Origin: Camelus dromedarius
Taxonomy: Eukaryota
Direction: 5' to 3'
Assembly (NCBI RefSeq): GCF_036321535.1
Contig: NC_087436.1
Location: 31,684,001-31,748,000 of the forward strand
DNA: 64,000 bases
Part shown: positions 36,926 through 49,818 of the stretch, in pieces
Layout: each line of letters begins with the position of its first letter
Numbering within the stretch: the first letter of the stretch is position 1
Made by a program: the position numbers and the translations under genes
Notes under the pieces: model-generated
Seen by the model: the letters and a program-made list of their open reading frames with translations, nothing else
Told to the model about the DNA's origin: nothing
The model's database searches: none

Positions 36926-39900
36926 TTCAGTTTTGAAGCTAACCCATTTTCTGTCCAGCCTTAAAAAAAAAAATTTGGTAAACAGCCTTCCAAATCCTAA
37001 ACAAGTTAAAGCTACCAAGTTTCCAGTAATTTAGTGATTTTTTTTTTACCTATTAGATAAAAGAGGGAAAAAAAGGAAATAGAACATTTCCTTCAAAAAT
37101 CAAGAGAATAATACTATTACTGGATACCAAACAACGGTAAGATTATTGTTTTTCTAATATCATCCAGTATTTTTTAAAATAGCTTTTTAACATCAGTATG
37201 AAAGTGAGCAAACATTGCCCTGCCATCAGACACTATGTTCTAATTAGGAAGTCAGACTGTAAACAGCTGTGTTAACGAAGGTTTACTCTGCTACTAGATT
37301 TTTAGCAATTTGATCTCACTTTTAGTGAATTAATTATTCCTTTTACCATTTCTATGAATTTGAATTTATATCAAAGTCAATTTGTATGTCACGCTATAAA
37401 CTTACACTGTTCTCAAAACTTATTAAGTAGTTTCAGAATTAATATGAACTTTTCAAATCATCCTAACTGAAGACATTATGTTCATTTTATTTCCTAGAGG
37501 ACTGTGTATGTCTTCCCAAAATAGTCTCCATCTTTTATGGATAACTCCTAATTTGACAGCTTTTTAAATATTGAAAAACATAAGCTTAGTACCAATGGCC
37601 TTAAATAATGAACTATTGAAATACCAGTTTTAAAGACCTAAAAATTGTCTCCTAAACATGAGTGACTGACTCAAGATTGTAGTGTAGAAGTCAATGGAGT
37701 ATATAAAAGCTAACATACTCGATTCAAGTCCAAGGTCTGCACCACAAAAGTGTGATTATATATAAATCAATTTTCTCATTCTCAAGCCTCAATTTTATCA
37801 TCTATAAGAATAAAAACTACCTTAGTTTGCTAGGGTTATTTCTGAAATAGTGTAATTATCAAAGTATCTTGTAAACTATAAAGCATCTTGCAAACGTTAT
37901 ATGTATTATTATTAGAATTAGACATGTTCTATACTCAGATTTTTTTTAGTTTTTTGATTGCCTGCTGTCCCCAAATTGCCAGTCCTTGAGATACTTCCAG
38001 CTTTTTTTTTTTCAATTCTTACCATGATCTTATACTTTTAAGTTTAAATGGGTATTATATTCACTGCTTTTCCTTCTGCTATTGTAGTTCTGTGTAACAG
38101 TTTTTAATAAATCTATAGTAACTATATAGGGAAAGAATCTTTTTGAATACAGAGAAAAAGAAGCAGATTTTTCCAGCCATCACCTCTCCTTTAGTGACAA
38201 CCTGGTATGGTCTTTGTTCCATCGATTAGAGCACTATTTTCATTAAATTTAGAAGTCTCCATTTTCTGTGACATGTGGTAGGTTGAAAAAGATTACTTAA
38301 AAGTAAAATGATTATCAGAAATAAATAGGTCACATTTTTACATGCTTTGATTATTTAGATTTAATCATATTTCTTTAGACATCTTTTTTAAAACGAATAA
38401 TTATGCTCAAGTTAAATATGTCTTGATTATGTAATTTTTATAGAATTATTAAAATTTGAGAAAGCATTTTCTAGCAAGTTTTCATTGTATGTATTTAGGA
38501 CTTTGCATGGGAAAATATGGTTTAAAAGGGTATAGTTAACCTTTGCTTGATATGCCTATGTTGATTGTTTAAACCACAGGGGTAAAAAAGGACATATGTT
38601 CTAATATACTAAGAAAGACTTTTGGCACGCCTCTACTACATCACTAAAATTGGGTTATCATGCTCTGACGTGCCAAAACTAAAATGTTTGCTTTCACAAT
38701 AGAAAATACGTTCATAAGATTTTGCCTTATGATTATTTCCTTTCATAAAAGGATTACATATTCAATAATGTTGAGAAATAATATAATATTTTTAGCACGG
38801 AAGGAGGCAGCAAAGCATTATAGATAAAGAGCACTAACTTAGGAGTCAGTCAGACCTGAGTTTGAATCCCACCCAACCTCAACCCTTTACACTTACCTGT
38901 AAACCCCATATGTTATTATAAGGCTTTACTTATATGAAATATAAGGTGTTAACTGTATGTCTGGAGTGTTAAAATATTTAGGAAGCAAACATGGGCTTTG
39001 GAAATACCCTTTATAAATGCTAAGAGATTGTTGAATTCAAAGTAAACCATGATGTAGTGTATGAGACCTGTGTATGAGAAGCGTACATGCTTATTTCATT
39101 TCTAATTGTACAAAACATTACTAATTCTAGAAAGCACTAGATTTTATACAGAATTTATGTATGTGAATTGCATTTCCCTCCTCTTAAGCGACATAAATAA
39201 TACTGAGGAATATATATATGAAACCAAGTCAAAAATGTTTTTGTAATAAAAAAGTAGATACTAAAGTATTTTCACTGACTTAAAGGTGAAATATCTCACC
39301 TGTTGGTCATAATGCATAATTATGTGGCAGCCATGCTAAATTTATATTTTCAAGGTGGAAAATTAAAATGTATACTTATTCCAGTGGAAAAATATGTGAT
39401 GAATATGATGATCTATGCTGGACGTATTTACAATAACATCCATATTGGGCAATAGCAGATTGATGTGTGCTGTGTTGTACTGATAGTGGACATGCTAACT
39501 GCTAGAGGGTACTTCTGTATCTTTGGGGAAGGATTCATCTTCTCTCCTTAGAAATGGGTTTTTTTTTTAGAATGATTCGATGATACAGTCCCAAGTCCTC
39601 CACCAAGTAGATCTTTTATTAATAATAAATTACATAATAAACAAAGAACAATACATTTAAAATACAAGTAGCTCATTTGATGCATTTGACTCTCCCACTC
39701 AGGATTTCTCTGTATATACCATGAATTTATGTATTCTACCATTCATGTAAAAAGTGTTTTATTAACAGCTATCAAAAATGGGCTTTTTTATGTTAGGTCC
39801 CAGCATCCTGCTTCCCAGTTCACCACTGTTGTATCACATTAAGCATCAAAGCTTTCCTCCTGAAAATCTGCCCTTCAAAAACTTAGTGCTAGTCTGTCCT

Positions 39901-40569
39901 CACCAAATCTTGAGAACGGTTGGCTCTTTGTCCTCTCTACTTCGTAACAACTAAATTATTATAAATTGGTTGTTTTCCTGCTTACTACGTATCCACCTGT
40001 TTACTCTAGTTAGAAGAATATTAGAGACCAAATCAAATACCAATTACCAGGATAGCCATGAAACACTTATGATCCTAAAGTCCATTCTGGAATAGTTTTG
40101 CTGCCTTTGGAAACCTCTGCTCCTTCTGACAACTGACAATTAGACGTGATTAGATCTACCCTAATGAGTAAATATGGCCATAATTAAATGTAACACAAAA
40201 TAATTAAATAAAACTTCCTTCTCTAGGAAGATTTATTCCTTCTTCCTACAGAAGGAAGTTTTTTATCTTGGTATCAAAAAGCTTAATATAAAAAGCTTTG
40301 TAAAAATTTGAGCTGTGGTATCTTCTTTCAGTTTGAGGTTTATTTTAATTTGTAAAATTTTATTAATCTATAATTATTCCCTCTTAGTTACTCCTTTATC
40401 TTGAAATGTATGCAACACAGAATTTTGAGCTTCCAAGAGGAAACCATTTTACAAGTTACTTATTAACATGTAACATATATAGCTGTAATATATCTACTAA
40501 TCTTATTTGAGTAAGAGATTGTTGTTATTTTTACAGATTAAATTTTAAAACTTTTACAGGGAAAAAAAG

Positions 40570-41380
40570 AGATGAGAAAGCTGTTTGGTGGTATTGGGAC
40601 CGGAATTGATAATTTAAAGAAAACACAGAAAAATAAATCATGTAAAATTAGAAATTTTGTTCATGATAATATGGCTTTTCAAATGGTGAAAAAATGATGT
40701 TGGAAAAATTTTATTAGTTAGAATATTTTTTACTATTATTACACAAAGTAAATTCCAGATGGATTAAAAAGCTAAATTAGAAAAAAGAAGATATTGGAAG
40801 AAATAAAATTATTTTTACTATCTTAGAATGGAAAAGTCTTTCTAGTCAAAACACAAACCCAAAATGCAAAAAGAAGGGAAAATATTGATTAACTTATTTA
40901 ACTATAAAAATTAAAATTCTGTATGAAAAAAAGATGCTAAACAAAGATAAAGATAATAACAAAAATAAAACAAAGGATTAATATGCAGTATCCATGGAGT
41001 TCCATAATTAAGAAAAAGAATAACAGCATAATAGATGAACATCCAGCCCAAAAAAGCAGAAATACAAAGCTCCTCTAAACGTATCAACCCAATTCAGCCA
41101 CACTGTTCACTGAATGCAAATTTAAACAAGTTTGCCGAGCAAACTGGCAAAAATGGAGAAGATGGTTAACATGCAGCATCTGCAAATACAAGAGGAAGCA
41201 GGAATGGGGTATACAGTACTGCTGACAATATAAACTGGCCAAATCCTTTTTGTAAGGTAATGTTGCAACATCCAACAAATTTAAACTATGCATATCTTTT
41301 TGCAATATCAGGTACCAGAACCTGTCCTGCAGGAATGCTTGCATATGTGTAAACATGCAGTAATGTACTTGTCCTTTCCA
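40570..41380 (+). mobile_element. Ancient L1ME-like 3' fragment
   Basis: aaagtaaattccagatggattaaaaagctaaat; caatataaactggccaaatccttttt. Confidence 0.6.
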
Positions 41381-41719
41381 TCTGTCAGGGCTTTTCCTGT
41401 GTTTAACCATAGCTGTTAAAATAGTCTGGATCACCCTGTTTTCTCTGCTGTCAGGTTTTGTTTGTTTGTTTGGTTGGGTTTTTCTCATTCTATTCCATCT
41501 TTCATACTAATCTTAGAATTCTTTTCCTAAAAAGCAAACACAGTCCTGGCCCTGCCTACTTAGAGAATTCTGTTTTATTGCTGCCTGTGGATTTTTTACA
41601 ATCTTTCCTCCACCTGATTATCGTCAGTCTGCCTCTGCCTCATGAAGAACATGTTCCAGCCACACTCAACAACCACCCCCAATAAACCAAGAGTACTAGG
41701 CCAGCCCTTTTACACTCCT

Positions 41720-44700
41720 TGCACTCCGTTCACTTATCACACGTTTATTGAGCAGCACTGTTCTTTGGGTATTAAGGATACAGCAAAGCCAAAGGCCCCC
41801 CTCCTTTTTAAAAGATATTAAAATATTGATGGAAAAGTAGAAATTATTGAATAAATAAGTATATGCATGTAAAATGAGATACTTATCATGCAGAAAGTTC
41901 AAATAAGCCAAATGATAATGAATGGATGGATACCTGAGACTCGCAGACAAGGGTGATCCTGTGAGGAAATGAATCTTAAGATCTGGTGACAAAAAGGATC
42001 CTGTCATTTAAACATCAGGGGAAAGAGCATTTCAAGCAGGGAGAACACTAGTACAAAGACCCCAAGGCAGCAATTTAACTGGTGTGTTTGAAGTAAAAGA
42101 AATAGTATGCTAAATGAAGGCAATTGTGTAAGATTTAAGCAGTGCCAGCCACCACAGCAAACAAACTCTTAAATCTCAGGGGCTTGACACAACAAAGGTT
42201 TACTTCTTGCTTATGTTACATGTCTAAGCAGTGTGGCAGGAAGGCTCTGCTGGTAGAGGTTCCATTATCTTGAACATATGGTTTTCCAAGATCACTGGAA
42301 CAGGGAAGAGAAGTGGAAGAACACTAACTCTTAGCTAACTGAGCTCTGAAGTGATGCTCATCACTTCCGTCTATCTTCATCAGCCAAGCTAGGCATATGG
42401 ACCTGATCTAACTGCATAGGAGCCTAGGAAATGTATATGGAGCACACAGCATGTTTGGTGGACACTGTCTCTGCTGTTGACATGGACCTGATCTTGTAGG
42501 GTTTTATTAGCCAGGCTGAAGAGTTTAAAGTGTGAATGAAGGCCAGCAGACAGCTTTGAAAGGAGAAGTCACCTGAGCTGATTTCTTAAAGATCATTCTG
42601 GCTACTGTGTGGAAAATGGAAGTGAGTAAAAAGGCTAAGGAGGGACCTAGAAGGCTGTTGCAAGTCTTGTTAAGAGATGATGTGGCTTTGTAGAAAAAAA
42701 AGAAAGAGAAAAGTGGATTAGTTGGGAGTCTTTTCATTGTTAGATGTAATAGAAGGTGCTGATGGATTGGATGTGAGATATGAAGGAAAAGAAAGGAATC
42801 AAGGATGCTTCTTGGGGTAATTTGTTCATGCTGTTTCTTTCTAGGGATGTTCTTTCCTAACTCCGCACCTGAAAAAATGTTCTTCCTTCCAGACCCAACT
42901 CAAATACCATTTTTTCTCTGAGGCGTTCTTCATCCCCTGACAGATTGAATCTTTTCCTTTCCCTGCACTCCTGTACCATTCTGCTCATTCTTTATTATGA
43001 CACTTACTGAATTGTAGTAAAACTGTCATTTACATCCATCTTTTCTACAAAACCATGAGCTAACATCTTGCCTGGAATATAGTTGCTCAGTAAAATTGTA
43101 TTGAATAAATGAATGAATGTAGTGTATAATATTTTCTTCTCTTGTCCAGTGGTATGTATGAATTACACAGCATTTAAGCCTAAGGAATTTTTTCAATCTC
43201 TAAAACATAATTTTTGGCTGTATATCTGTAATATTTGGCTGCCATAACTGCTTTTTTTTTCCCAGGTTTTTTTTTCAGGCTTTTTTTTTTTTTTCAGTTA
43301 ACAGAATGAGAGGCAGCTGCAGGTACTGGCAGATTACAAAATGCGTAATTACTAAAAGTAACTGAAGCATATTATAGTATAATTCAACAGAAAAAAAAAC
43401 ATCTGGCACATGCTACGTTAATTTGTCATAAGAGAGTTTCGAAGAAAGCGTTTGCTGCAGCTGGCGGATCCATCATTTCCCTGAAATGAATAGTACACCT
43501 TTTGTTTTTAATCCTCTCGTATAATATAGAGCAGAGTTTATGTGATTCAGTCTCCAATCATTGGTAAAGGATTTCATGCATCAAGGAAATTTTCCCTTAT
43601 GGTGTATCAACCAAGATATACAAGGCCCATCCTTAACTTAAACTGTGCCTCAATAATAACAGAGTGATCTAAGCAATGATAGTAATTAATTATAATGCCC
43701 AAGATACTGGCCCAGATTTCAAACTCTTATCCCATACCTTACGGAACCATAACTTCTCTTATTTTATTTAAGCTATTTGTGCTATTTTCAAAGGGACTAG
43801 TGCATTCTAGGGAAAACTTCGCTCTTAACCTTGTAACCATACCTTTTTAGTTGTATATATATCAGTGATACTGAGAATTGAGGTGTGATTAGAATAGAAA
43901 TTTTCTCTTTCAGCATGGGTTAGGATATCTATTTCTATGACAGAGACAAACAGAAAAGGGCTAATTATTGTTACAAAACAGCTTCTAATACTGGCCTTTT
44001 TGAAATAATCTTTACCTCCAACTGTCTCCTGAACATTTCCATAGAACTTCAAACTCAGTATATTCAAAACTGAACTCATCATATCACACCCAGCCTATGT
44101 CTTTATTTCACCCTGTGTTTTCCATTTTCATGTGTAGTAATATCTACCCAGTTGCTTAAGCTCCATATGTCATCCTGAACTCTGCCTTCTCCTCATACCC
44201 ATAAATCCAGTATTACTAAATTCTACCTCCTGAGTAACTCTTGAATCTGCCCATTTCCTTCCAGTAGTTTAGGCTATCAGTATTGCTCACCTGGATTACT
44301 GCGGTAATCCCCTAATTACTATAGTCTTGTTTACTTACTATTTTTCCTGCTGTAATCAGCAAGACTTTCTGATATTCAAATCTAATCATGCCACTTCTCC
44401 TTAAAATACTTCATTGCCTCCCCAGTACTGATGGTAATGTCTGAACTTCCTATGAAGACATAAAAGATCCCTATATTTCCCTATATTACCTTGTACATGT
44501 AAAATCCAATCAATATTTCTTTGTGTTTCCAGCTTGTCTCACCCCAACTCCCACCTCCTAGTAATATGCTATGTCCCATTCATACTGAGATTCTTTCAGT
44601 TTCCTAAATTTATTATCCCTTCTTATTTCCTGATCTTCACACATGGATTTGATTGTAACACTTTTCTTTTCGTTACCCTGCTTTTGTCCATCTAACTTCT

Positions 44701-46270
44701 ATTTATCTTTCATATATCAGCTTAAAAGCCTACTTCCTCTGGAGAGATAGCTCTAATCCCCTAATCCTCCATGTGGTTCCCGTAGCACTGTGAACTTTGT
44801 ATAGCATTTACTACCTATATTATAAACCTCGTAGCTTTTCAGTATTTCTAGTAGTTCATAAGTTTCACTGTGGAGGTGACTGGATCTTTTTCTTCTTCGT
44901 CTACCCAGAACCTAGCAAGTATGTGAACTGTAACAGGCTTTCACTTCAGTGTTCACTGAATGAGTGAACTTTGTGATTCCTTCAGTCTTACCCTAAGACC
45001 AGCACTTAAAATTAGATGTTGTGAGGAAAATTCATGCATTATTTTGAATGTTTGAGTTCTTTCTTCCAGTAACCTGAAGTAAGCTTTCTATGAATGATTT
45101 CTATAAGTAAAGCTCTATAGCACATTGATTTTTGTGGCAATAGTCTCCCAGATTTATTATACCACTTGATGGCTATTTTAAAAATGTAATCACCAAATTA
45201 TCTAATTAGTTGTGATATGATAGCAAGTTTGTAGTAAAAACTTAGAAAAAGCAACATATAGGATATTAGAAATGTTATTATGGAGTGGAATAGTTAACAG
45301 ATTTTGCAGAATTAAATAAATTTGTGTAGGCTAAAAACCACCTTATGTGTACCAGGCACTGTTCTAAGCCTTGTGAATGTAGCTTCTCTTTTAGAGCTTT
45401 TATTCCAGTGTGGGGTGAGAAATAATAAGAAGGTAACCTAACAAACAAGATAATTCTAGATGTTTCAAATGGCTTGAAGAAAAGCAATGAGATGATACGA
45501 TAGTAACTTGTATGGGGTGACAGCTGAAAGGGCTTGACTAGTTTTTAAAAAGTAGTCAGAAAAGGTAAGATTTAAGCTGAGACCTGAATGATAGAAACCA
45601 GCTCTATGAAAAAGCCAGGAAAACATTCCAGGCAGAGAGAAGAACAGCAAGTACAAAGTCCAGTGTTACGGAGCAGACCCGTGTAATTAAAATACAGTGC
45701 GTGAGGAGAGAGAAAGCTGTCAGGCTGAGGAACTAGGCATGGCTCGGGCCATGAAAATCTTGTAGGCTATTTTAAGTAAGCTATCTTTACTTAAAGTCAG
45801 ATTTTTAAGTAAGACTATTTTAAGTTAAAATATTTAAGTCCAAAGTGCAGCAGTAGGAAATCACTGGAGAATTTTTAACATTCTTAGGTCTTTAAAAGAC
45901 CACTTTGGCTATTGTGCAGAAAATAGACTGGAGAAGGGGCAAATATGGAGTCAGGGAAACCAGATGTTAGAGTACGACAGAATTCTAGACAGTAGGTGAT
46001 GGTGCCTTAGGACAGAGGATTGTCAGTGAAGATGGAGAGAAATGGGCAGTTATGAAATATATTCAGGAGGTAGGGCAGAAATTACTAATAAGTTGAATAT
46101 AGGGGATGAGGAAATGGCAGGAATCAGATGACACATAAGCTTTGCCTTGAGCATCTGGAAACATGGTGATGACGCCATTTACTGGGAAGGAGGGTACGTG
46201 GGAAGGTATAGAGAAGGAGTAGTTGCCACTTGGGGCAGGTTGCATTTGAGGTGCTCATTGGTGTTCCTTT
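41720..46270. mobile_element. Cluster of L2 fragments in both orientations, with an MLT1J-like LTR at ~42125-42478; interrupted by unique DNA at ~43130-44000
   Basis: L2 hallmarks (tttattgagcagcactg, aagatcattctggctactgtgtgg, ttgaataaatgaatgaatg, aaactcagtatattcaaaactgaactc, taccaggcactgttctaag). Confidence 0.7.
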
Positions 46271-46815
46271 ACACTCATGGCCTAAATGAAGATCACCTAG
46301 GGGGACTGTGCAGGTACGGAAAGAGGGAACCTGGGACTGTGCCCAAGGTGCTCTAATATGTCTGCTGTAACTTGTGATTTTAGTTAACTGAATGAGATTT
46401 AAAACCTTAAGATGAATTTTCTTCTTTAGTAGAGGTCTTTTGAAGCTGTACACAAAGTTGAGATCACAATCTTTGCAATTACTGACCATTTTGCCGCATA
46501 CTGAGGATTAAGGTTTTTTTTTTCCCAGAGAATCTTCATTCTGCCTTTTAGCCCTTGATGTTATATAATGCCACAGGTATGCTTTACTATCATCACCTGT
46601 AATTGATTGGGCTTAAGGTGAGAGGCAATGTGATTTAGTTGAGAGAACATTTTGATTAAAAGGCTGGGTATGAACTCAATTTTTTCATTCAATCACTGCA
46701 TGACCTTAGCAACATTAAATAATTTTTCTGAGTTTGAATTCCTTTACCTAGAAGATGAGAATAATAACTACTTTGCAACATTGAAGAAATGATAAGATAT
46801 AGTGTTCATGTTCAG

Positions 46816-47352
46816 GTACAGTGGAAAACCCTCTTGGCTGATGTCCACTTAATCGTGGACCACATTAACCAGTGAAGTTTCTGTGCAATGGTGCTGACCA
46901 TTGCCCGAGGCATTCCACACGCCCTTACCTAGTCTGCTTCACACTAGTGTCCTCTGTCCCTTGTTTTACAGCATCAGTGTGATTGTTCCCAAGCCACGTT
47001 ATGCCAGTTATACTTGTTTTGGAAATATATAACTTAATTAAATAAACCAGTGATGTGTAAGTACAAAGAAGAGAAAGTTACTGTTTCTTTTTAAACTGAG
47101 TTGTATACTTTGGAGAATTCACTGTTGAATTAAGTCTGAACAAGCAACTATGAAAGAATAGAGGGAATATTGTAAAAATCTAGAATAACCCTGTATTTGA
47201 GTTGCTTGCCAGTTACCTTTAAATTCTTATACTACCTTAACGAAGCCAAAAGTGGAAACAATTGTAGATGATACATTATGGATGTGGTTTGTGTAAGAAA
47301 GATATTCAGCACTGAAACACTCCAATCAATGTGCTCATACTTAAAAAAAAAA
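46816..47352 (+). mobile_element. Tigger15-like TcMar transposon with decayed transposase N-terminus
   Basis: TA-CAGT start; remnants translating as (S)TKKRKVTVS and DDTLWMWFV...TPINVLILKK, typical of Tigger/CENP-B HTH domains. Confidence 0.65.
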
Positions 47353-47380
47353 AATCATTGTATATCCCAGGCAAAAAGCC

Positions 47381-47543
47381 CAAAGTCCTTAACCTTCCTT
47401 AGGCCTCAGACGTCTTAAAAAAATCTGAGGAAATCTGTGGACCTTCTTCCTAGACAAGGGAAACACAGAAGATCTTACATATAGTTCAGGGTGTTGGTGA
47501 ACATACCTGAGCCCATCCGTGGACCACAGAGGAGGAGCCCTTG
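47381..47543 (+). mobile_element. MER117-like hAT-Charlie MITE
   Basis: cttaacctt...aatctgaggaaatctgtggacc...gagcccatccgtggaccacag. Confidence 0.6.
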
Positions 47544-49561
47544 CCATAGGTGCTCCCCTTCCCCTACTTCCATCTCCAGCTGAAGGACTGGTTGACTTCC
47601 CAGTGTTGATTCCAATATTTTCTTAATAGAGACAGCATTAGTTACTTTGTCTACAAATTATTTTTGTAAAATCTTACTTACATAGAAGGTAGTAAATCAA
47701 TTATATTTTACAACTAAATTTTTAAATTATATTTTGTAGGCATGTCTAGGATTTTCTGTCACACACATACATGAGTTATATAAGTGAACTAAAAAAGATT
47801 TAGGACGCTGATGGGCTAAACAATCCTCAGGGATATTATAAGGAATTCCTCATTCTTCTATTAAAATTGGTAGAAGATCATTTTACCTTAAACTTTATAA
47901 CATATAACATATTACATATGCTAGAAACTATAGAGAGGTTGGATATAGTTTCATTTAAATTCTTTAATTAGTGTAGAGTACTCTTTAAGTGCCATAATGT
48001 CATATAGAAACTGGAAATGTCCTCTATCTCTGTACCTTCTGGCAGGCTACACTTAAATCATCCCAGATAGGTAAGAATGTTTCTGTTTTTAAAGATTTCC
48101 AGTGAAGAGATTACATAGCTTTACTTGGCAAGTGTTTGAAGTGTAATACCACTGAGAAACTTTCTGGAAAGTCTTACTTTATGTTTATCCTAATTCACTA
48201 ATGATATAGGGAACTCTCAATTATGTTCTCTAATGAAGAGACATTTTCTCAGAGATAATACAGAGTTGGATCATCCTCCTGGGTCTTTCCTTTATCCCTG
48301 CAATGAAATATCCTGACAGGGAAATAAGGACTTGCAAAGAACTGACAGGCAGGCTCCAGGAAAGTCTCAGGGGATAAAGCTGGTGAAATCACTTTTCTTT
48401 CCACCCTTTAATACCTTATAAACTTCATTCAGAAGTGAAATCGAAGGAAATGCTTAACTGAAAAATAACCTTTTCTTAGCCACTTCAAATCCTTTGGAGA
48501 AAGAAGTAGACTATACATAAATCTAAATAAATAAAAATAATCTTTATCTAAAGTATGTTTTGTGGTAGATTCCTCAATAACTGTTTGTTGATCACATAAG
48601 TAATAAAATTTTCTAACTACTAGGTTTCCTATAGAACTTTAGCCATAAATCTCCAAATGGTTATTGAATCCCTGTGTGTAAAGCTCTGTGGTATATACTG
48701 TGGAAACTAAAAACAATCCCCCTTCTAAAAGTTTCCATTGTACTTCCAGAAAAATGACAGAAACATTAGCCTAAAGTTGACACATACATGATTTGTTGGC
48801 AAGACAGTGAGAGTCTCACTGAAGTGGAAGGCTCCTATTGCAGACAGGGTAGGAAAGATAAATTACCCAAAACTTTGGAAGATTTTGAATGCCAGTCTCA
48901 GGAATTTGTACTATTTTGCCCAATAGCAGAGAGCCGTTGGAAATTATTGCTCAAGGAAGCAAATTGTTAAAGTGGTGCTTTAGAGAAAGTAATATGCTAG
49001 TGATGTGTAAGTTAAGGAAAACTACTATATTAATTGAGCACTTCTATGTGCGCTGATGGATGCTTTACATACATTTTTTCACTTGATGTTGAGAAGCCTG
49101 AGCAGTTGACTACTGCAGTAAATCTAAAAATTAAGTTATAAGAACTTGAGTTGTGATGGTAACACTGAGTAGAAATGAAGAGTAGATGCAAGAAACACTG
49201 CAAAGGAAGAATGTATTTAGGGGAAAACATTCAAGAAAAAAGTGAGAAATAGAGTTGACTTCAAGGTTTTTAACCTAGGCAGCGAGGGCAGAAGTGTCAT
49301 CAGTGTAAAAACTGAGCAGGAGGATGAGGAATAGGTTTGCAAAGCTATGCAAAAAGTTTGAAGTTAGTCATGTTAAATTTGAATATAGGAGCCAACCTTT
49401 AGGGAAAGAGTCAGAAATAAAGATATAACTTGTCAGGTTTCCAAGCAAATGTGTAAATATTTATATTCCTAGAATGCCTAATACACACATTCACACATAC
49501 ATTCTCTTTCACTTATTCATCTAACAAACATTTAGCATTGCCCAGTCGCCTACCATGGTGC

Positions 49562-49818
49562 ACAGTACAGTGGGGATGTTAAGAGCACAGACTTTGGAAC
49601 CAAAGGGCCCGCTTTTCAATCCTGACTACAACTGACTAGCTGTGTGACTCTAGGCAAGTTGCTTAACTTTATTTGTAAATTCCTCTGTCTTTTAATTTTC
49701 TCATATGTAAAAATAGGAATCTCAGGGTTATCATGAAAACTAAGTAAGTTAACTTATGAAAAGCACCTAGAACAGTGCTGGGCACAGAGTGAGCAATGTG
49801 GGGGCATTTGCTGTTACC
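49562..49818 (+). mobile_element. MIR SINE, near full length
   Basis: ttaagagcacagactttggaacca...actagctgtgtgactctaggcaagttgcttaac...aagcacctagaacagtgctgggcaca. Confidence 0.85.

Noticed and set aside
39396..39483. C/D snoRNA-like boxes (GTGATGA/ATGATGA ... CTGA)
   Set aside because: No terminal stem, poor C'/D' spacing and no recognisable rRNA/snRNA antisense element; such motifs are common by chance.
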